A stretch of 64,000 bases of DNA from Aliicoccus persicus (lineage in GTDB: Bacteria > Bacillota > Bacilli > Staphylococcales > Salinicoccaceae): NCBI GenBank assembly GCA_020741755.1, contig DYYI01000071.1:16394-80393 (forward strand). The letters are read 5' to 3'. Positions 1 to 10,170 of the stretch are shown in pieces. Made by a program: the position numbers and the translations under genes. Each line of letters starts with the position of its first letter. The first letter of the stretch is position 1. The notes below the pieces were generated by a model. The model saw only the letters and a program-made list of their open reading frames with translations. It searched no databases and had not been told where the DNA came from.

Positions 1-2948
1 ATTGTCATTAAGTTATTAATGACGAGTTGATCTTTCCCATCACGTTTTTTTATTGCCCCATTTGCAACGACTGTCTGTTCTTTAATTAAATGAAATACGT
101 CTCCATAAGTTGAAGGAAATATGACTGCATCCATTTCAATTTGCCCATCGCTCACAGTGAGAAATGCCATGTCTTGATTACGCTTTGTTTTTATCTTGCG
201 TATGTCCGTTAAATAGACGAGATAATCGCCCACATTCTCTTTATCACTCAATCGTGCAGGTCGCGCGAATTCCAGTGCCTTTCGCTCTTCGATTATCGGA
301 TGATCACTGATAAAAAAACCAAGGACTTCTTTTTCAAAATTCAGCTTATCCAACACTGGCATTTCTTCAATATGTTCGGCTTTAAAATGGAAACCCATCT
401 CGCTTAATACAGATTGATGCGCATAATTTTCATCTGCAACAGACACGCCAGACACCATTTGCAACAACTGCTTTCTTGAATAACCAAAGCTATCTAGCGC
501 ACCGCTTTTTATGAGTGCTTGAATGGCATTTTTATTGAGTGATTTATCATCAATTCTACTATTTAACTCGAAGAGATCTTTAAATGCACCGTTTTCGTTG
601 CGTTCTGCTACGATGCGTTTTGCGAGTTCTACATTGATTCCTTTAATAAATGCTAATCCGAGCCGAATGTTTTCATTTGTTGTATTAAACACTTGTGATT
701 CGTTGATACACGGCGGTTCAACTTTAATCTTATAGACATCCATCTCTTTAATTAAATCATTCAATTTCGTCGCATCACTACGATTGTCCATCAGCATCGT
801 CTGGAAGAATATATGACGGTAGTACAGTTTAATATAAGCCATCCAATAAGAAATCTTAGAGTAAGCAACCGCGTGAGATTTTACAAAACCATACGATTCA
901 AACTTTTGAATGTAGTTATATATTTCTTCAGCAACGGATTGATCATAGCCCTTATTTAAGGCACCGGCAATAAACTTCGAACGCATGGATGACAGTGCAT
1001 CATGATCTTTTTTACTCATCGCACGACGTAAAATATCAGCTTCGCCGTATGTAAATCCACCAAACGACACGACGATTTGCATAATTTGTTCTTGGTAAAT
1101 AATGACACCATATGTACTTTTTAAAATATGTTCTAAATCAGGATGAAGGTACTTAATATTCTCTGGATTTCTCTTCCCTTCAATAAAAGTAGGGATACTT
1201 TCCATCGGACCTGGTCTGTATAGAGATACCATCGCCACGAGTTCATTAAAGTTTGATGGTTTCACTCGTCGGAGTGCCTCACGTATACCTTGTGATTCAA
1301 ATTGGAAAATACCAGTCGTTAATCCAGAAGAAAATAAGTTAAAAATACGTGGGTCATGTGATTCAATGTCAATATCAGACAATTGAAATGACGGGTTTAC
1401 ACGCTTGATGTTTTGAATCATATATTTAATATGTGTCAGCGTCTTAATAATTAATATATCGATCTTCAACAGTCCTACTGCTTCGACCTGTTCCATCGGC
1501 CATTGTGACATTAAGAAACGCCTTTGACCATCATACTCAAACGTCACTGGAATGCTTTTATTGATCGGTGCATCCGAAATTAAGACACCTGATGCATGTG
1601 TGACAGTGTGGTTTGGTAAATTTATAATTTTTTGTACAAGTTGTTCGAGTACGATATATTTCTCATCGACATCACGGAGGTCTTGAAATGCTTTTGAGTT
1701 AAACACATCAGGAGAATCATTCGCCGATCTAAGAATACTCGAGATGTAATTTAGCTCCTCTGTTGAAAAGTCCAACACCCGTCCAATTGCACGCGTTGCA
1801 GCACGAAGCGATAGGCGGCTAATATTCGCAATGTGTGCCACATGCATTTCTCCATATGTATCAATTAAGTAATCGATCACTTCATTGCGTCTCACGTCAT
1901 CAAAATCAATATCGATATCTGGCATCGTCACGCGTTCTGGGTTTAGAAACCGTTCGAAAACCAAGTCATATTTTAAAGGATCAATCTCTGTAATGTTAAG
2001 TAGATACGCGACTAAACTTGCACTGGAGGATCCACGGCCAGGGCCAACTAATATACCACTCCGTTTAGCAAAACTTACTGCATCATGAACAATTAAAAAG
2101 TATGACTCGTATGACATATTACATATGACATCATACTCATACTTTAGTCGTTCATGATACTCTTTTGTCGCTGGTGTTTTATCTGGTAGAGCTGTTATTA
2201 GCAGTTGCCATAAATAATCTTTCGCACTTAAATTCGTGTTGTGTTTAAACGATGGTAATGTGCGTTCTACACGCGGTAAATTCACACGGCACTTCTCTAC
2301 TAGTTCACGGTGATTATTCAATAAACTGCGTTCTTGCTCGGTTAAATCACTCATTAATCGAACGTAATGATCGCCTTCTGTATGAACTAAGTCATGTGCA
2401 TCAACGCGTGTATTATCACGAATTGCTTCAACGACTGTGAGTACCGATTCATCTTTAGCATTTAAATAGTAACTTGGCTTTATGAAGAGTTGAGTTAAAT
2501 CAGGTTCATTCATCAGATGTGATTGATACATATCATCGCTCGGAATATTCAGCACTGACTTAAGTGTGAGACTCTCTTCACGTAAGAAGACGATGAGACA
2601 TTCATCCATCATTGTCGCTAGCGTTTCAGCTGGAATAGTTTCCGTTTGTTTGAACGTGAAGTATGCAGAAATACGTATTAGCGCACGAAATCCTGTTTCA
2701 TTTTTTGCATACGTAATAATTGTGTAAGTCGTCTCACCGTACGACACAGCAACTTCCATACCAACGATCGGTACCACATTATGTTTGCGCGCTAATTTTA
2801 TAAACGGATATACACCGTGTAGGCGATTGCGATCGGTAATTGCAACTGCCGATTGATTGTCTCGAGATACTTTTTCTACGAGGTCATCTAGTCGTATTGC
2901 ACTTGACAAAAAATCATAACCACTGCGTACATTCAAGTTAATCATCAT
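1..2948 (-). CDS. dnaE: DNA polymerase III alpha subunit DnaE; C-terminal end cut by window edge
   Basis: The minus frame is open from the window edge (checked at 3..44: RDGKDQLVINNLMT) to ATG ATG at 2948/2945, which is preceded by AGGTGA. The N-terminus MMINLNVRSGYDFLSSAIRLDDLVE is a DnaE PHP-domain start. An internal GLLKIDILIIK block lies near 1440-1475. It is absent from the ORF track only because it has no in-window stop. Confidence 0.9.
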   Translation of the reverse strand, partial: MMINLNVRSGYDFLSSAIRLDDLVEKVSRDNQSAVAITDRNRLHGVYPFIKLARKHNVVPIVGMEVAVSYGETTYTIITYAKNETGFRALIRISAYFTFKQTETIPAETLATMMDECLIVFLREESLTLKSVLNIPSDDMYQSHLMNEPDLTQLFIKPSYYLNAKDESVLTVVEAIRDNTRVDAHDLVHTEGDHYVRLMSDLTEQERSLLNNHRELVEKCRVNLPRVERTLPSFKHNTNLSAKDYLWQLLITALPDKTPATKEYHERLKYEYDVICNMSYESYFLIVHDAVSFAKRSGILVGPGRGSSSASLVAYLLNITEIDPLKYDLVFERFLNPERVTMPDIDIDFDDVRRNEVIDYLIDTYGEMHVAHIANISRLSLRAATRAIGRVLDFSTEELNYISSILRSANDSPDVFNSKAFQDLRDVDEKYIVLEQLVQKIINLPNHTVTHASGVLISDAPINKSIPVTFEYDGQRRFLMSQWPMEQVEAVGLLKIDILIIKTLTHIKYMIQNIKRVNPSFQLSDIDIESHDPRIFNLFSSGLTTGIFQFESQGIREALRRVKPSNFNELVAMVSLYRPGPMESIPTFIEGKRNPENIKYLHPDLEHILKSTYGVIIYQEQIMQIVVSFGGFTYGEADILRRAMSKKDHDALSSMRSKFIAGALNKGYDQSVAEEIYNYIQKFESYGFVKSHAVAYSKISYWMAYIKLYYRHIFFQTMLMDNRSDATKLNDLIKEMDVYKIKVEPPCINESQVFNTTNENIRLGLAFIKGINVELAKRIVAERNENGAFKDLFELNSRIDDKSLNKNAIQALIKSGALDSFGYSRKQLLQMVSGVSVADENYAHQSVLSEMGFHFKAEHIEEMPVLDKLNFEKEVLGFFISDHPIIEERKALEFARPARLSDKENVGDYLVYLTDIRKIKTKRNQDMAFLTVSDGQIEMDAVIFPSTYGDVFHLIKEQTVVANGAIKKRDGKDQLVINNLMT

Positions 2949-2964
2949 ATCACCTAACGTTGAA

Positions 2965-3939
2965 TTAATCGTTCTTCAGCTTTGTGTTCAGCGCATCAAT
3001 AATTGCTTCAATGCGCTTCATGCTACTTGCACGAACACCGCTAGCAAGCGGATGCCCACCACCGCCGTAATAATCCGCAACATCGTTAATAACGACTTTT
3101 TTCGAGCGTAATCTCACCCGATAAAAATCGTCTTCTTCAATCGCAAGAAACCAAACTTTAACATCTTCAATATCTCTAAAAACATTAACAAGTAAACTTG
3201 CTTCACTCGATGTTACATCATACTTCTCTAATGCTTCCTTAGAGACAACGGTATATAGTAGTCCATGTTCATTGAGCACTGCGTTATCAATGAGATAACC
3301 AGTAAACTTAAACGAATTGTATGAAGTCTTCGACAATTCATTCTGCATGGCTGTTGCATCAAAATCAAACGATCTGAGTTCACTTGCTACGCGGAGTGTT
3401 GTTTTACTTGTGTTGTCATATAAAAACCTGCCAGTATCACCGACTATACCCGCATATAAAAGACGTGCTGACTCCGAATCAAGATAATCATTCTCGTATC
3501 CCCAGCAATTTGCAAGTAAGTAGATCAGTTCACTTGTCGACGATACGCTTGTCTCAACGATATTGATTGAACCAAATTCATCGAGATTCGGATGATGGTC
3601 GATCTTAACAATTTCTTTGACATTCGTTAAGTCACCATCAATGCGTTCTACATTTGCTGTATCTACAACGATAGCTAGCGGCTCATCAAGTGTTTCATAT
3701 GCATCCATATATCCCAAAACATTTGCTAGTGATGGTTCGTCCTCACCGAATGCACGAATTTTTTTGGATGGAAATATATTTTCTAGGATTTTTTTCAGAC
3801 CGAGCTGTGCGCCAAGCGCATCAGGATCTGGTCGTTGATGTCTTAAAATAATGATGTTGTCATATCGATTAATTAAGTTTAATAATGGTTTAAAATTTGC
3901 TTTAAGTGCGTCTAATTTATGAATCTCGTTTAAAATCAA
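2965..3939 (-). CDS. nrnA: DHH/DHHA1 oligoribonuclease / pAp phosphatase NrnA
   Basis: 324 aa. DHH motif (VKIDHHPN) and DHHA1 motif (GGGGHPLASG). Its position next to dnaE matches ytqI/nrnA. Confidence 0.88.
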   Translation of the reverse strand: MILNEIHKLDALKANFKPLLNLINRYDNIIILRHQRPDPDALGAQLGLKKILENIFPSKKIRAFGEDEPSLANVLGYMDAYETLDEPLAIVVDTANVERIDGDLTNVKEIVKIDHHPNLDEFGSINIVETSVSSTSELIYLLANCWGYENDYLDSESARLLYAGIVGDTGRFLYDNTSKTTLRVASELRSFDFDATAMQNELSKTSYNSFKFTGYLIDNAVLNEHGLLYTVVSKEALEKYDVTSSEASLLVNVFRDIEDVKVWFLAIEEDDFYRVRLRSKKVVINDVADYYGGGGHPLASGVRASSMKRIEAIIDALNTKLKND

Positions 3940-4013
3940 GGTTAATTCATCCCTTTAACATTTACTAAAATACGTCTTTAAATTATACTATATAATTGAT
4001 TGGAGTTGTATTT

Positions 4014-4424
4014 ATGGACATAGAAACAATCTATACACTTGTCGTTTCCATTCTCATCACACTCGCATTTATTGCGTTTGCTCTATTTATTTTTTATAAA
4101 GTGAAACAAGTGCGAACGGAACAATTTCGAGGTGGCCGTAGACAATATTATAATTCTTTATCGAGGATATGGTTTGGAGCGTTTCTCATCATATTTGGTA
4201 CGAGTACGATCGTACAGTTCCAAACAGGTGTTGCATACATAATTGGTGCTGTGTTTATATTCTTCGGATTATTGAATATATTATCGTTCAACCGCAGACG
4301 CAAACACTTTAAGAGCGTTATCCCCGATGAGGATCGAGAGATCAATGAATGGTATGAAAGCCAAAACAAAGATGCTTCTTTTAAGCATTCTTCGACAAAA
4401 GTGTTATCAAAAAAACGCGTGTAA
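4014..4424 (+). CDS. small integral membrane protein (YtpI-like)
   Basis: The ORF track frame starts at 3996. The likely start is the ATG at 4014, 8 nt after GGAG. There are about 3 hydrophobic segments. The position between nrnA and ytoI matches B. subtilis ytpI. Confidence 0.65.
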   Translation: MDIETIYTLVVSILITLAFIAFALFIFYKVKQVRTEQFRGGRRQYYNSLSRIWFGAFLIIFGTSTIVQFQTGVAYIIGAVFIFFGLLNILSFNRRRKHFKSVIPDEDREINEWYESQNKDASFKHSSTKVLSKKRV

Positions 4425-4438
4425 TTTCACGCGTTTTT
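4409..4438. terminator. bidirectional intrinsic terminator (ytpI / ytoI)
   Basis: ACGCGTG-TAATTT-CACGCGT, flanked by an A-run and a T-run. Confidence 0.8.
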
Positions 4439-5710
4439 ATTTTGTTCATATATTTGTACTTGTAATAATGCTTTTGAATATATGACGTTGTGACTCTCTG
4501 CCTCCACTTCAAGGCGTAAAAACTGATGCCCAATATCAATGACGACACCGCTGAGCGTAATTTCTTGTTGGAGTTGTATGACCTTCATTTGAGTCACGTG
4601 ATACGTATCAATATGATAGCTATAAATATTATATGATGAAAGCACTGTCCGGACGAGTTTTTCAACAAGTGACATAAAGCTGCTTTCTTTTAAACTCCCA
4701 AACTCATCCGTCATCATGGGTAACACTTCTACAGTTAGCTTGTTATCAGATAAATCGATTCGTCTTTCTATGACATTTTCATTTAAGTCTTCACCGAACA
4801 ATTTCTCAGGTACCATTTCCTTAAAGACATCTCTTCGATGCACGACACCAACAAACTGACCATCTTCAACGACCGGTAAAATATTAAGTTGCTCCCACGT
4901 CATCAATTGTCGCATACGCTTTAATGTTGTTTTTGGCGCGAGCTCGATATCATCAATAATAAAATTTTTATAGTTATGTTCGTCCACAATATGCAGTTCT
5001 GATGATTTCACTGTCCCGAGGTAGCGGTTTTTATCGACAAGTATTGTAATTTTATCGTTTGGGATGTAAGTGAGTCTATTTGACTTATAGATGTCTAAAA
5101 CATAGGATTGTTCTTTCATTACGAAGTCCGCTGCACGTATCATTTCGTTACTGAGAGACATGCTGTATATTTCACGTTGAATTGTCGTTGCGACAGTAAA
5201 CGTGTCATATGGTGTCGAGATAACTGGTAATTTTAATGCTTGTGCTTCTTTTAAAATATCAGAGGACATACCAAACCCACCGGTGATGAGTAGCCCCGTA
5301 TTCGTTTTTAATGCTGCTCTTTGAACATCTTCCCGGTTTCCAATGATCAGTAGCGCACCTGGTTCTAAGTACGCTTTTAATGCACCCAGTTCCATCGCAC
5401 CGATGATAATACGGCCGACTGTTTTCTCAAGCTGTTCTGAACCCGATATCAACTGACCGTTCGTGATCTGTTTAATCTGTTCGAATGTTAACTCTTTAAC
5501 ATTCTCAACTTCCCGCTTCGTAACTCGAATGGATCCTACACGTGGAATTGTTTTTACAATGCCCTCTTTTTCTGCTTGTTTAATCGAACGATAAGAGGTC
5601 CCTTCAGACACGTCTAGATGTGAAGAGATTTGACGGACCGATATTTTAGCACCTTCTTCAAGGCTATATAAATACTCCATAATGCGTTCGTGTTTACTCA
5701 AGCGAATCAC
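4427..5710 (-). CDS. HTH / DRTGG / CBS-pair domain protein (YtoI-like)
   Basis: 427 aa. It has an N-terminal winged-HTH-like segment (ISVRQISSHLDVSEGTSYRSIKQAEKEG), a central DRTGG-like block (LLIIGNREDVQ) and a CBS-type region (ILPVVEDGQFVGVVHRRDV). Synteny matches ytoI. Confidence 0.75.
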   Translation of the reverse strand: MIRLSKHERIMEYLYSLEEGAKISVRQISSHLDVSEGTSYRSIKQAEKEGIVKTIPRVGSIRVTKREVENVKELTFEQIKQITNGQLISGSEQLEKTVGRIIIGAMELGALKAYLEPGALLIIGNREDVQRAALKTNTGLLITGGFGMSSDILKEAQALKLPVISTPYDTFTVATTIQREIYSMSLSNEMIRAADFVMKEQSYVLDIYKSNRLTYIPNDKITILVDKNRYLGTVKSSELHIVDEHNYKNFIIDDIELAPKTTLKRMRQLMTWEQLNILPVVEDGQFVGVVHRRDVFKEMVPEKLFGEDLNENVIERRIDLSDNKLTVEVLPMMTDEFGSLKESSFMSLVEKLVRTVLSSYNIYSYHIDTYHVTQMKVIQLQQEITLSGVVIDIGHQFLRLEVEAESHNVIYSKALLQVQIYEQNKNA

Positions 5711-5737
5711 CTACTTTTACATCCATTATACCCATCT

Positions 5738-6421
5738 TTAAATATCTATAGAATCGCCTGACTTTAAGACATTAACCTTTTTATCGACTTTGTTAACAAA
5801 TTGATCCGTGTCCACTTCAATTGGTGGGAAAGTATTGTAATGAATAGGTATTGCAAGATCGGTGTTTAACATTTCGTTGACTGCATACGCAGCATCATCA
5901 ATGCCCATCGTAAAATTATCACCGATCGGTACAAATGTAGCATCGAATGGACCATACATATCAGAAATCAATTTAATATCACCGAATAACCCCGTATCAC
6001 CCATATGATAAAATTTAGCGTCATCATTCGAGACAATTACACCTGCTGGCATACCCGTATAATGCACAGTACCGTCTTCCATTTCGTAACTTGAGCTGTG
6101 GAACGCATGAACAAATTTAACTGTGCCAAATTCAAATGATTTCTGTCCACCGATTCCCATATTAACCACTTCACAATCAAGCGTTGCCATAAGATTCGCC
6201 AATTCATTTACGGCGATTACTGGTGCATTATGTTTCTTTGCAAGTTCGACAGTATCACCCACGTGGTCGTTATGTCCATGCGTTAAAATAATATAATCTA
6301 CTTCAACATCTTCCACGCTAATATTGCATTGTCCGTTATCACTGATAAATGGATCAATAATCACTTTCTTACCATTGCTCTCAAAGTATACGACTGAATG
6401 ACCATAATACGTAATTTTCAT
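5738..6421 (-). CDS. metal-dependent hydrolase, metallo-beta-lactamase fold (UPF0173 / YtkL-like)
   Basis: 227 aa. It carries the HxHxDH motif (ILTHGHNDHVGD). Confidence 0.85.
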   Translation of the reverse strand: MKITYYGHSVVYFESNGKKVIIDPFISDNGQCNISVEDVEVDYIILTHGHNDHVGDTVELAKKHNAPVIAVNELANLMATLDCEVVNMGIGGQKSFEFGTVKFVHAFHSSSYEMEDGTVHYTGMPAGVIVSNDDAKFYHMGDTGLFGDIKLISDMYGPFDATFVPIGDNFTMGIDDAAYAVNEMLNTDLAIPIHYNTFPPIEVDTDQFVNKVDKKVNVLKSGDSIDI

Positions 6422-6502
6422 TTTGATTTACTCTCCTTTTCAAGCTGTTTATCAGTATCCTAGTACCCTTAACATGATAAAATTATACATGAGGTGACAC
6501 AG

Positions 6503-7084
6503 ATGAAATACATTAACTTAAGTCAAACACTATCGAGTTCTGCATCGAGTCAAATATTTAGTGAAAATGACTTAGAATTAGCAAACTTGGTGTTAATAGA
6601 AGCAAAGAAAGAGATGCACCCAAATATCGAACTGTTTGCATCCATTAATTACATACGAGAATCACAACAATTTTTAAATGAGCAACTGATGCTTGCTGCA
6701 ACATCAAAAATTCTTGAACATACAGATGGTGTCGTTGTTGATGAAGTCTTTACTAACGATCATCATGGATTGAATGATAGGTTTTTAAAGGAATTGAGCA
6801 TGTCAGTCGGTCAAAAACATTTAATAATCGGCCCGACGTTTAGTCAAGTGCCATCATTTTTACAAAGTAAGTTAATCGAAGAATTGATTAATTTTGATGT
6901 TTCAGGTGTGATGTACGATGTACGAAAAAATGACATGGAAGATTACGCTGCATTACAACCTTTAGCAAAATTACTCATGCATGTGAAGAAGCGAACATCT
7001 ATCATACCGCTTGTTAAAACGAAAGAAGACGCTGACACGCTTGGTAAAATACTGCCTGTCAACGTCATTGCTATAGAAGAATAG
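6503..7084 (+). CDS. hypothetical protein, no recognisable motif
   Basis: The track ORF starts at GTG 6494. The ATG at 6503 sits 5 nt after GAGGTGA. The gene is followed by a strong bidirectional terminator. I recognise no family. Confidence 0.6.
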   Translation: MKYINLSQTLSSSASSQIFSENDLELANLVLIEAKKEMHPNIELFASINYIRESQQFLNEQLMLAATSKILEHTDGVVVDEVFTNDHHGLNDRFLKELSMSVGQKHLIIGPTFSQVPSFLQSKLIEELINFDVSGVMYDVRKNDMEDYAALQPLAKLLMHVKKRTSIIPLVKTKEDADTLGKILPVNVIAIEE

Positions 7085-7089
7085 AATTT

Positions 7090-7119
7090 AAAAAAGTACA
7101 CCGAATTGGTGTACTTTTT
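7090..7119. terminator. bidirectional intrinsic terminator (hypothetical gene / ald)
   Basis: AGTACACC-GAATT-GGTGTACT, flanked by AAAAA and TTTT. Confidence 0.85.
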
Positions 7120-7133
7120 GTATACATATTTAA

Positions 7134-8255
7134 TTAAACACGCGCAAGCACTTCATACACGTCTTCGTATTCTAATCCTTGTGCTTCTGCAACTGCTTTA
7201 AATGTCACTTTACCATCTAACGTGTTAATACCTAAAGCAATTGGACCGTTGTCTAATGCAGCTTGTTTATAACCTTTAGAAGCAATCTGTAACCCATACA
7301 GCATCGTCGCATTGTTTAGTGCGACTGTAGATGTTCTTGGCACAGCACCAGGCATGTTCGCCACAGCGTAATGCACCACGTCATGTTTTACATATGTCGG
7401 ATCATCATGCGTTGTAATCTTATCCGTCGTTTCAAAAATACCACCTTGGTCAATTGCAATATCAATGATAACTGAACCTGGATCCATTGATTTAATCATT
7501 TCTTCTGTAACTAAACGCGGTGCACGTGCACCTGGAATAAGTACAGCACCGACAACAAGATCACTTGATTTTACTTCATCAGCAATGTTCAATGGGCTCG
7601 ACATCATCGTTTGAATACTTGATCCAAACAAGTCATCCAACTCTCTTAAACGTGCAGGACTTAAGTCAATAATTGTTACATCTGCACCTAAACCGACAAG
7701 AATTTTTGCGGCATTTGTTCCGGCAACACCACCGCCGATTATTGTGACTTTCGCTTTTTTAACGCCTGGTACACCACCGAGTAGAATACCTTTACCACCT
7801 TTAATTTTTTGTAAGTATTCTGCACCGATTTGCGCTGCCATTCTTCCTGCAACTTCACTCATTGGTGTAAGTAGTGGTAGGCTTCTGTCCGGCAACTGGA
7901 TTGTTTCATATGCAATGGAAACAACTTTTTTCTCAAGTAATGCTTGAGTGAGTGCTTCCTCAGGTGCGAGGTGTAGATATGTAAATAATATTAATCCTTC
8001 TTTGAAGTAATCATATTCAGATTTAAGTGGCTCTTTAACTTTAACCACCATGTCAACATCCCACGCTTGTGCTGCAGATTCTACAATTTCTGCACCTTGC
8101 GCTCTAAAATCTTCATCAGTAAAGTTAGAACCTTCACCGGCGCCAGATTCCACTAATACTTTATGTCCAGCGAGCACATATGCATGTACCCCACCTGGTG
8201 TTAAACCCACTCGATTCTCGTTGTTTTTAATTTCTCTTGGTACTCCGATTAACAT
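7134..8255 (-). CDS. ald: alanine dehydrogenase
   Basis: The N-terminus [22 protein letters not shown] is characteristic of alanine dehydrogenase. The NAD fold is [14 protein letters not shown]. The start at 8255 is chosen because AAGGAGAG lies 8 nt upstream; the track ORF extends to 8288. Confidence 0.93.
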   Translation of the reverse strand: MLIGVPREIKNNENRVGLTPGGVHAYVLAGHKVLVESGAGEGSNFTDEDFRAQGAEIVESAAQAWDVDMVVKVKEPLKSEYDYFKEGLILFTYLHLAPEEALTQALLEKKVVSIAYETIQLPDRSLPLLTPMSEVAGRMAAQIGAEYLQKIKGGKGILLGGVPGVKKAKVTIIGGGVAGTNAAKILVGLGADVTIIDLSPARLRELDDLFGSSIQTMMSSPLNIADEVKSSDLVVGAVLIPGARAPRLVTEEMIKSMDPGSVIIDIAIDQGGIFETTDKITTHDDPTYVKHDVVHYAVANMPGAVPRTSTVALNNATMLYGLQIASKGYKQAALDNGPIALGINTLDGKVTFKAVAEAQGLEYEDVYEVLARV

Positions 8256-8340
8256 TTGGCATACTCTCCTTTTTAATGATTGTATCATAGAAAATATAGA
8301 TAATGTATCCTTATTTTATGCATAAAAAAGCATGAATATA

Positions 8341-8349
8341 TGTTATAAT
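8341..8349 (+). promoter_or_regulatory. extended -10 (TGTTATAAT) for the usp gene
   Basis: TGTTATAAT lies about 50 nt upstream of the GTG start at 8399. Confidence 0.5.
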
Positions 8350-8398
8350 ATAAGTATAAGAAATAGGATGAATATAAATTCAAAAGGAGGAATTTTTC

Positions 8399-8899
8399 GT
8401 GGAAAAGTACAACAATATTATGATTGCAGTCGATGGTTCTCGTGAAGCAGAGTGGGCATTTAACAAAGCAGTTGAACTTGCTACACAAAATGATGCAAAG
8501 CTATCAATTATCAACATCATTGATACGCGTTCATTTGCAGCATTAGAGCAATATGACAGAAACGTTGCGGATAAGTCTAGAGAGTTTTCAGAAAACCTTC
8601 TCGATGGTTACGAAAAAATTGCAAAAGAAGCGGGTATTGGTGAAGTATCTAAAATTATTGATTTCGGTTCTCCAAAAGCTATTTTACCGAGAAAAGCTGT
8701 AGAGAAAACTGGTGCAGATCTCGTTGTCTGTGGTTCAACTGGTTTAAACGCAGTGGAACGCTTCATCATCGGTTCAGTATCTGAAGCGGTCGTTCGTAAC
8801 TCAGAAGTCGATGTTCTTGTTGTAAGAACAGAGAAAATCCCACAATCATTCGAGCCAGTCGTTGCACAACCTGAAAAGTTAGAGCCTGAAGTAGAATAA
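8399..8899 (+). CDS. universal stress protein (UspA family)
   Basis: 166 aa. It has IMIAVDGS and a C-terminal VVCGSTGLNAVERFIIGSVSEAVVRNSEVDVLVV block. It uses a GTG start 8 nt after AAGGAGGA. Confidence 0.88.
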   Translation: MEKYNNIMIAVDGSREAEWAFNKAVELATQNDAKLSIINIIDTRSFAALEQYDRNVADKSREFSENLLDGYEKIAKEAGIGEVSKIIDFGSPKAILPRKAVEKTGADLVVCGSTGLNAVERFIIGSVSEAVVRNSEVDVLVVRTEKIPQSFEPVVAQPEKLEPEVE

Positions 8900-8910
8900 C
8901 ATCGTACGTA

Positions 8911-8956
8911 AAAAGCAGCGCATTGAGTAAAAACTACTCGACGCGCTGCTTTTTTA
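8911..8956. terminator. bidirectional intrinsic terminator (usp / ackA)
   Basis: AAAAGCAGCGC ... GCGCTGCTTTT with an inner GAGTA/TACTC stem. Confidence 0.85.
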
Positions 8957-8959
8957 TTT

Positions 8960-10150
8960 TTATCCTTGTGTCAATCTAACAACATCTCTAGCAATCATCA
9001 GCTCTTCCTCTGTCGGTATAATTATAATTTTTACCGGACTGTATGGATGATTTAAGAAGACTTCTTCCCCACGCACTTTATTCATTGAAGGATCAAAGTA
9101 AACCCCCATAAATTCAAGACCGCTGACGACTTTCTCTCTGACGATGTCAGAGTTCTCTCCAACACCTGCAGTAAATATAATTGCATCGAGTCCACCCATT
9201 GCAGTTGCATAAGAACCCATATATTTATGAATACGACTACCGAACACATCAAGTGCTAAAATTGCACGCTTGTTTCCTTTGTGTGCCTCTTGTTCGATGT
9301 CTCTTAAATCACTTGAAAATCCGCTGACCCCAAGCAATCCAGATTCTTTATTGAGTACATCGAGCACTTCAACTGCCGTTCGATTTGTTTTATTCATGAT
9401 ATATGGAATGAGTGCAGGATCTAAGTTACCAGATCGCGTCCCCATCGTCACACCTGCGAGTGGTGTAAACCCCATCGAAGTATCTATGGATTCGCCGCCT
9501 TTAACGGCTGCAATACTCGCACCATTTCCAAGGTGACAGCTGATCAATCGCAATTCTTTAAGCGGTCGACCGAGCAGCTCTGCGGCACGGTTCGTCACAT
9601 ATTTATGACTCGTCCCATGAAAACCATATTTCCGTATGCCAAATTCCTTATAGTAATGATATGGCAAACTGTATAAATAAGATTTTTCTGGCATCGTTTG
9701 GTGGAATGATGTATCAAATACAGCGATGTGTGGCACGTTTGGTAACAGCTTGCGGAATGCTTTAATGCCCATTAAATTCGGCGGATTATGCAGTGGTGCA
9801 AGTTCGCTGAGTTCATCTATGTTGCGAATTGTTTCATCATCAATAATGACGGAATCATCATAGATTTCTCCACCATGTACGACGCGGTGACCGGTCCCTT
9901 CAATATCATTGATATCTTTTATAACGTTAAAGCGTTTCAGCTCAGTCAACATGACCTCTACCGCTTCTTTATGGTCACTGAATCGTGTCTCTAACACTTC
10001 TTTTTCACCATTATAGTGCATCGTGAAGACGCCATTGTCCATACCGATACGTTCTGCTAAACCGGATGCAATCACACGCTCTTTTGGCATGTCGAATAAT
10101 TTAAATTTAAAAGAAGAGCTTCCAGCATTAATCGCCATTATGATAGACAT
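8960..10150 (-). CDS. ackA: acetate kinase
   Basis: 396 aa. It has the N-terminal [15 protein letters not shown] block and the FHGTSH and NGASIAA motifs. Confidence 0.95.
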   Translation of the reverse strand: MSIIMAINAGSSSFKFKLFDMPKERVIASGLAERIGMDNGVFTMHYNGEKEVLETRFSDHKEAVEVMLTELKRFNVIKDINDIEGTGHRVVHGGEIYDDSVIIDDETIRNIDELSELAPLHNPPNLMGIKAFRKLLPNVPHIAVFDTSFHQTMPEKSYLYSLPYHYYKEFGIRKYGFHGTSHKYVTNRAAELLGRPLKELRLISCHLGNGASIAAVKGGESIDTSMGFTPLAGVTMGTRSGNLDPALIPYIMNKTNRTAVEVLDVLNKESGLLGVSGFSSDLRDIEQEAHKGNKRAILALDVFGSRIHKYMGSYATAMGGLDAIIFTAGVGENSDIVREKVVSGLEFMGVYFDPSMNKVRGEEVFLNHPYSPVKIIIIPTEEELMIARDVVRLTQG

Positions 10151-10170
10151 AATTTAATCCTCGCATTCCA

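Noticed and set aside
1-2948. dnaE, and likewise leuS upstream of 63792, are missing or shortened in the ORF track. I considered pseudogenisation.
   Set aside because: The frames are open to the window edges. This was checked at both ends of dnaE and across 63793..63846 of leuS. The track lists only Met-initiated ORFs that are complete within the window.
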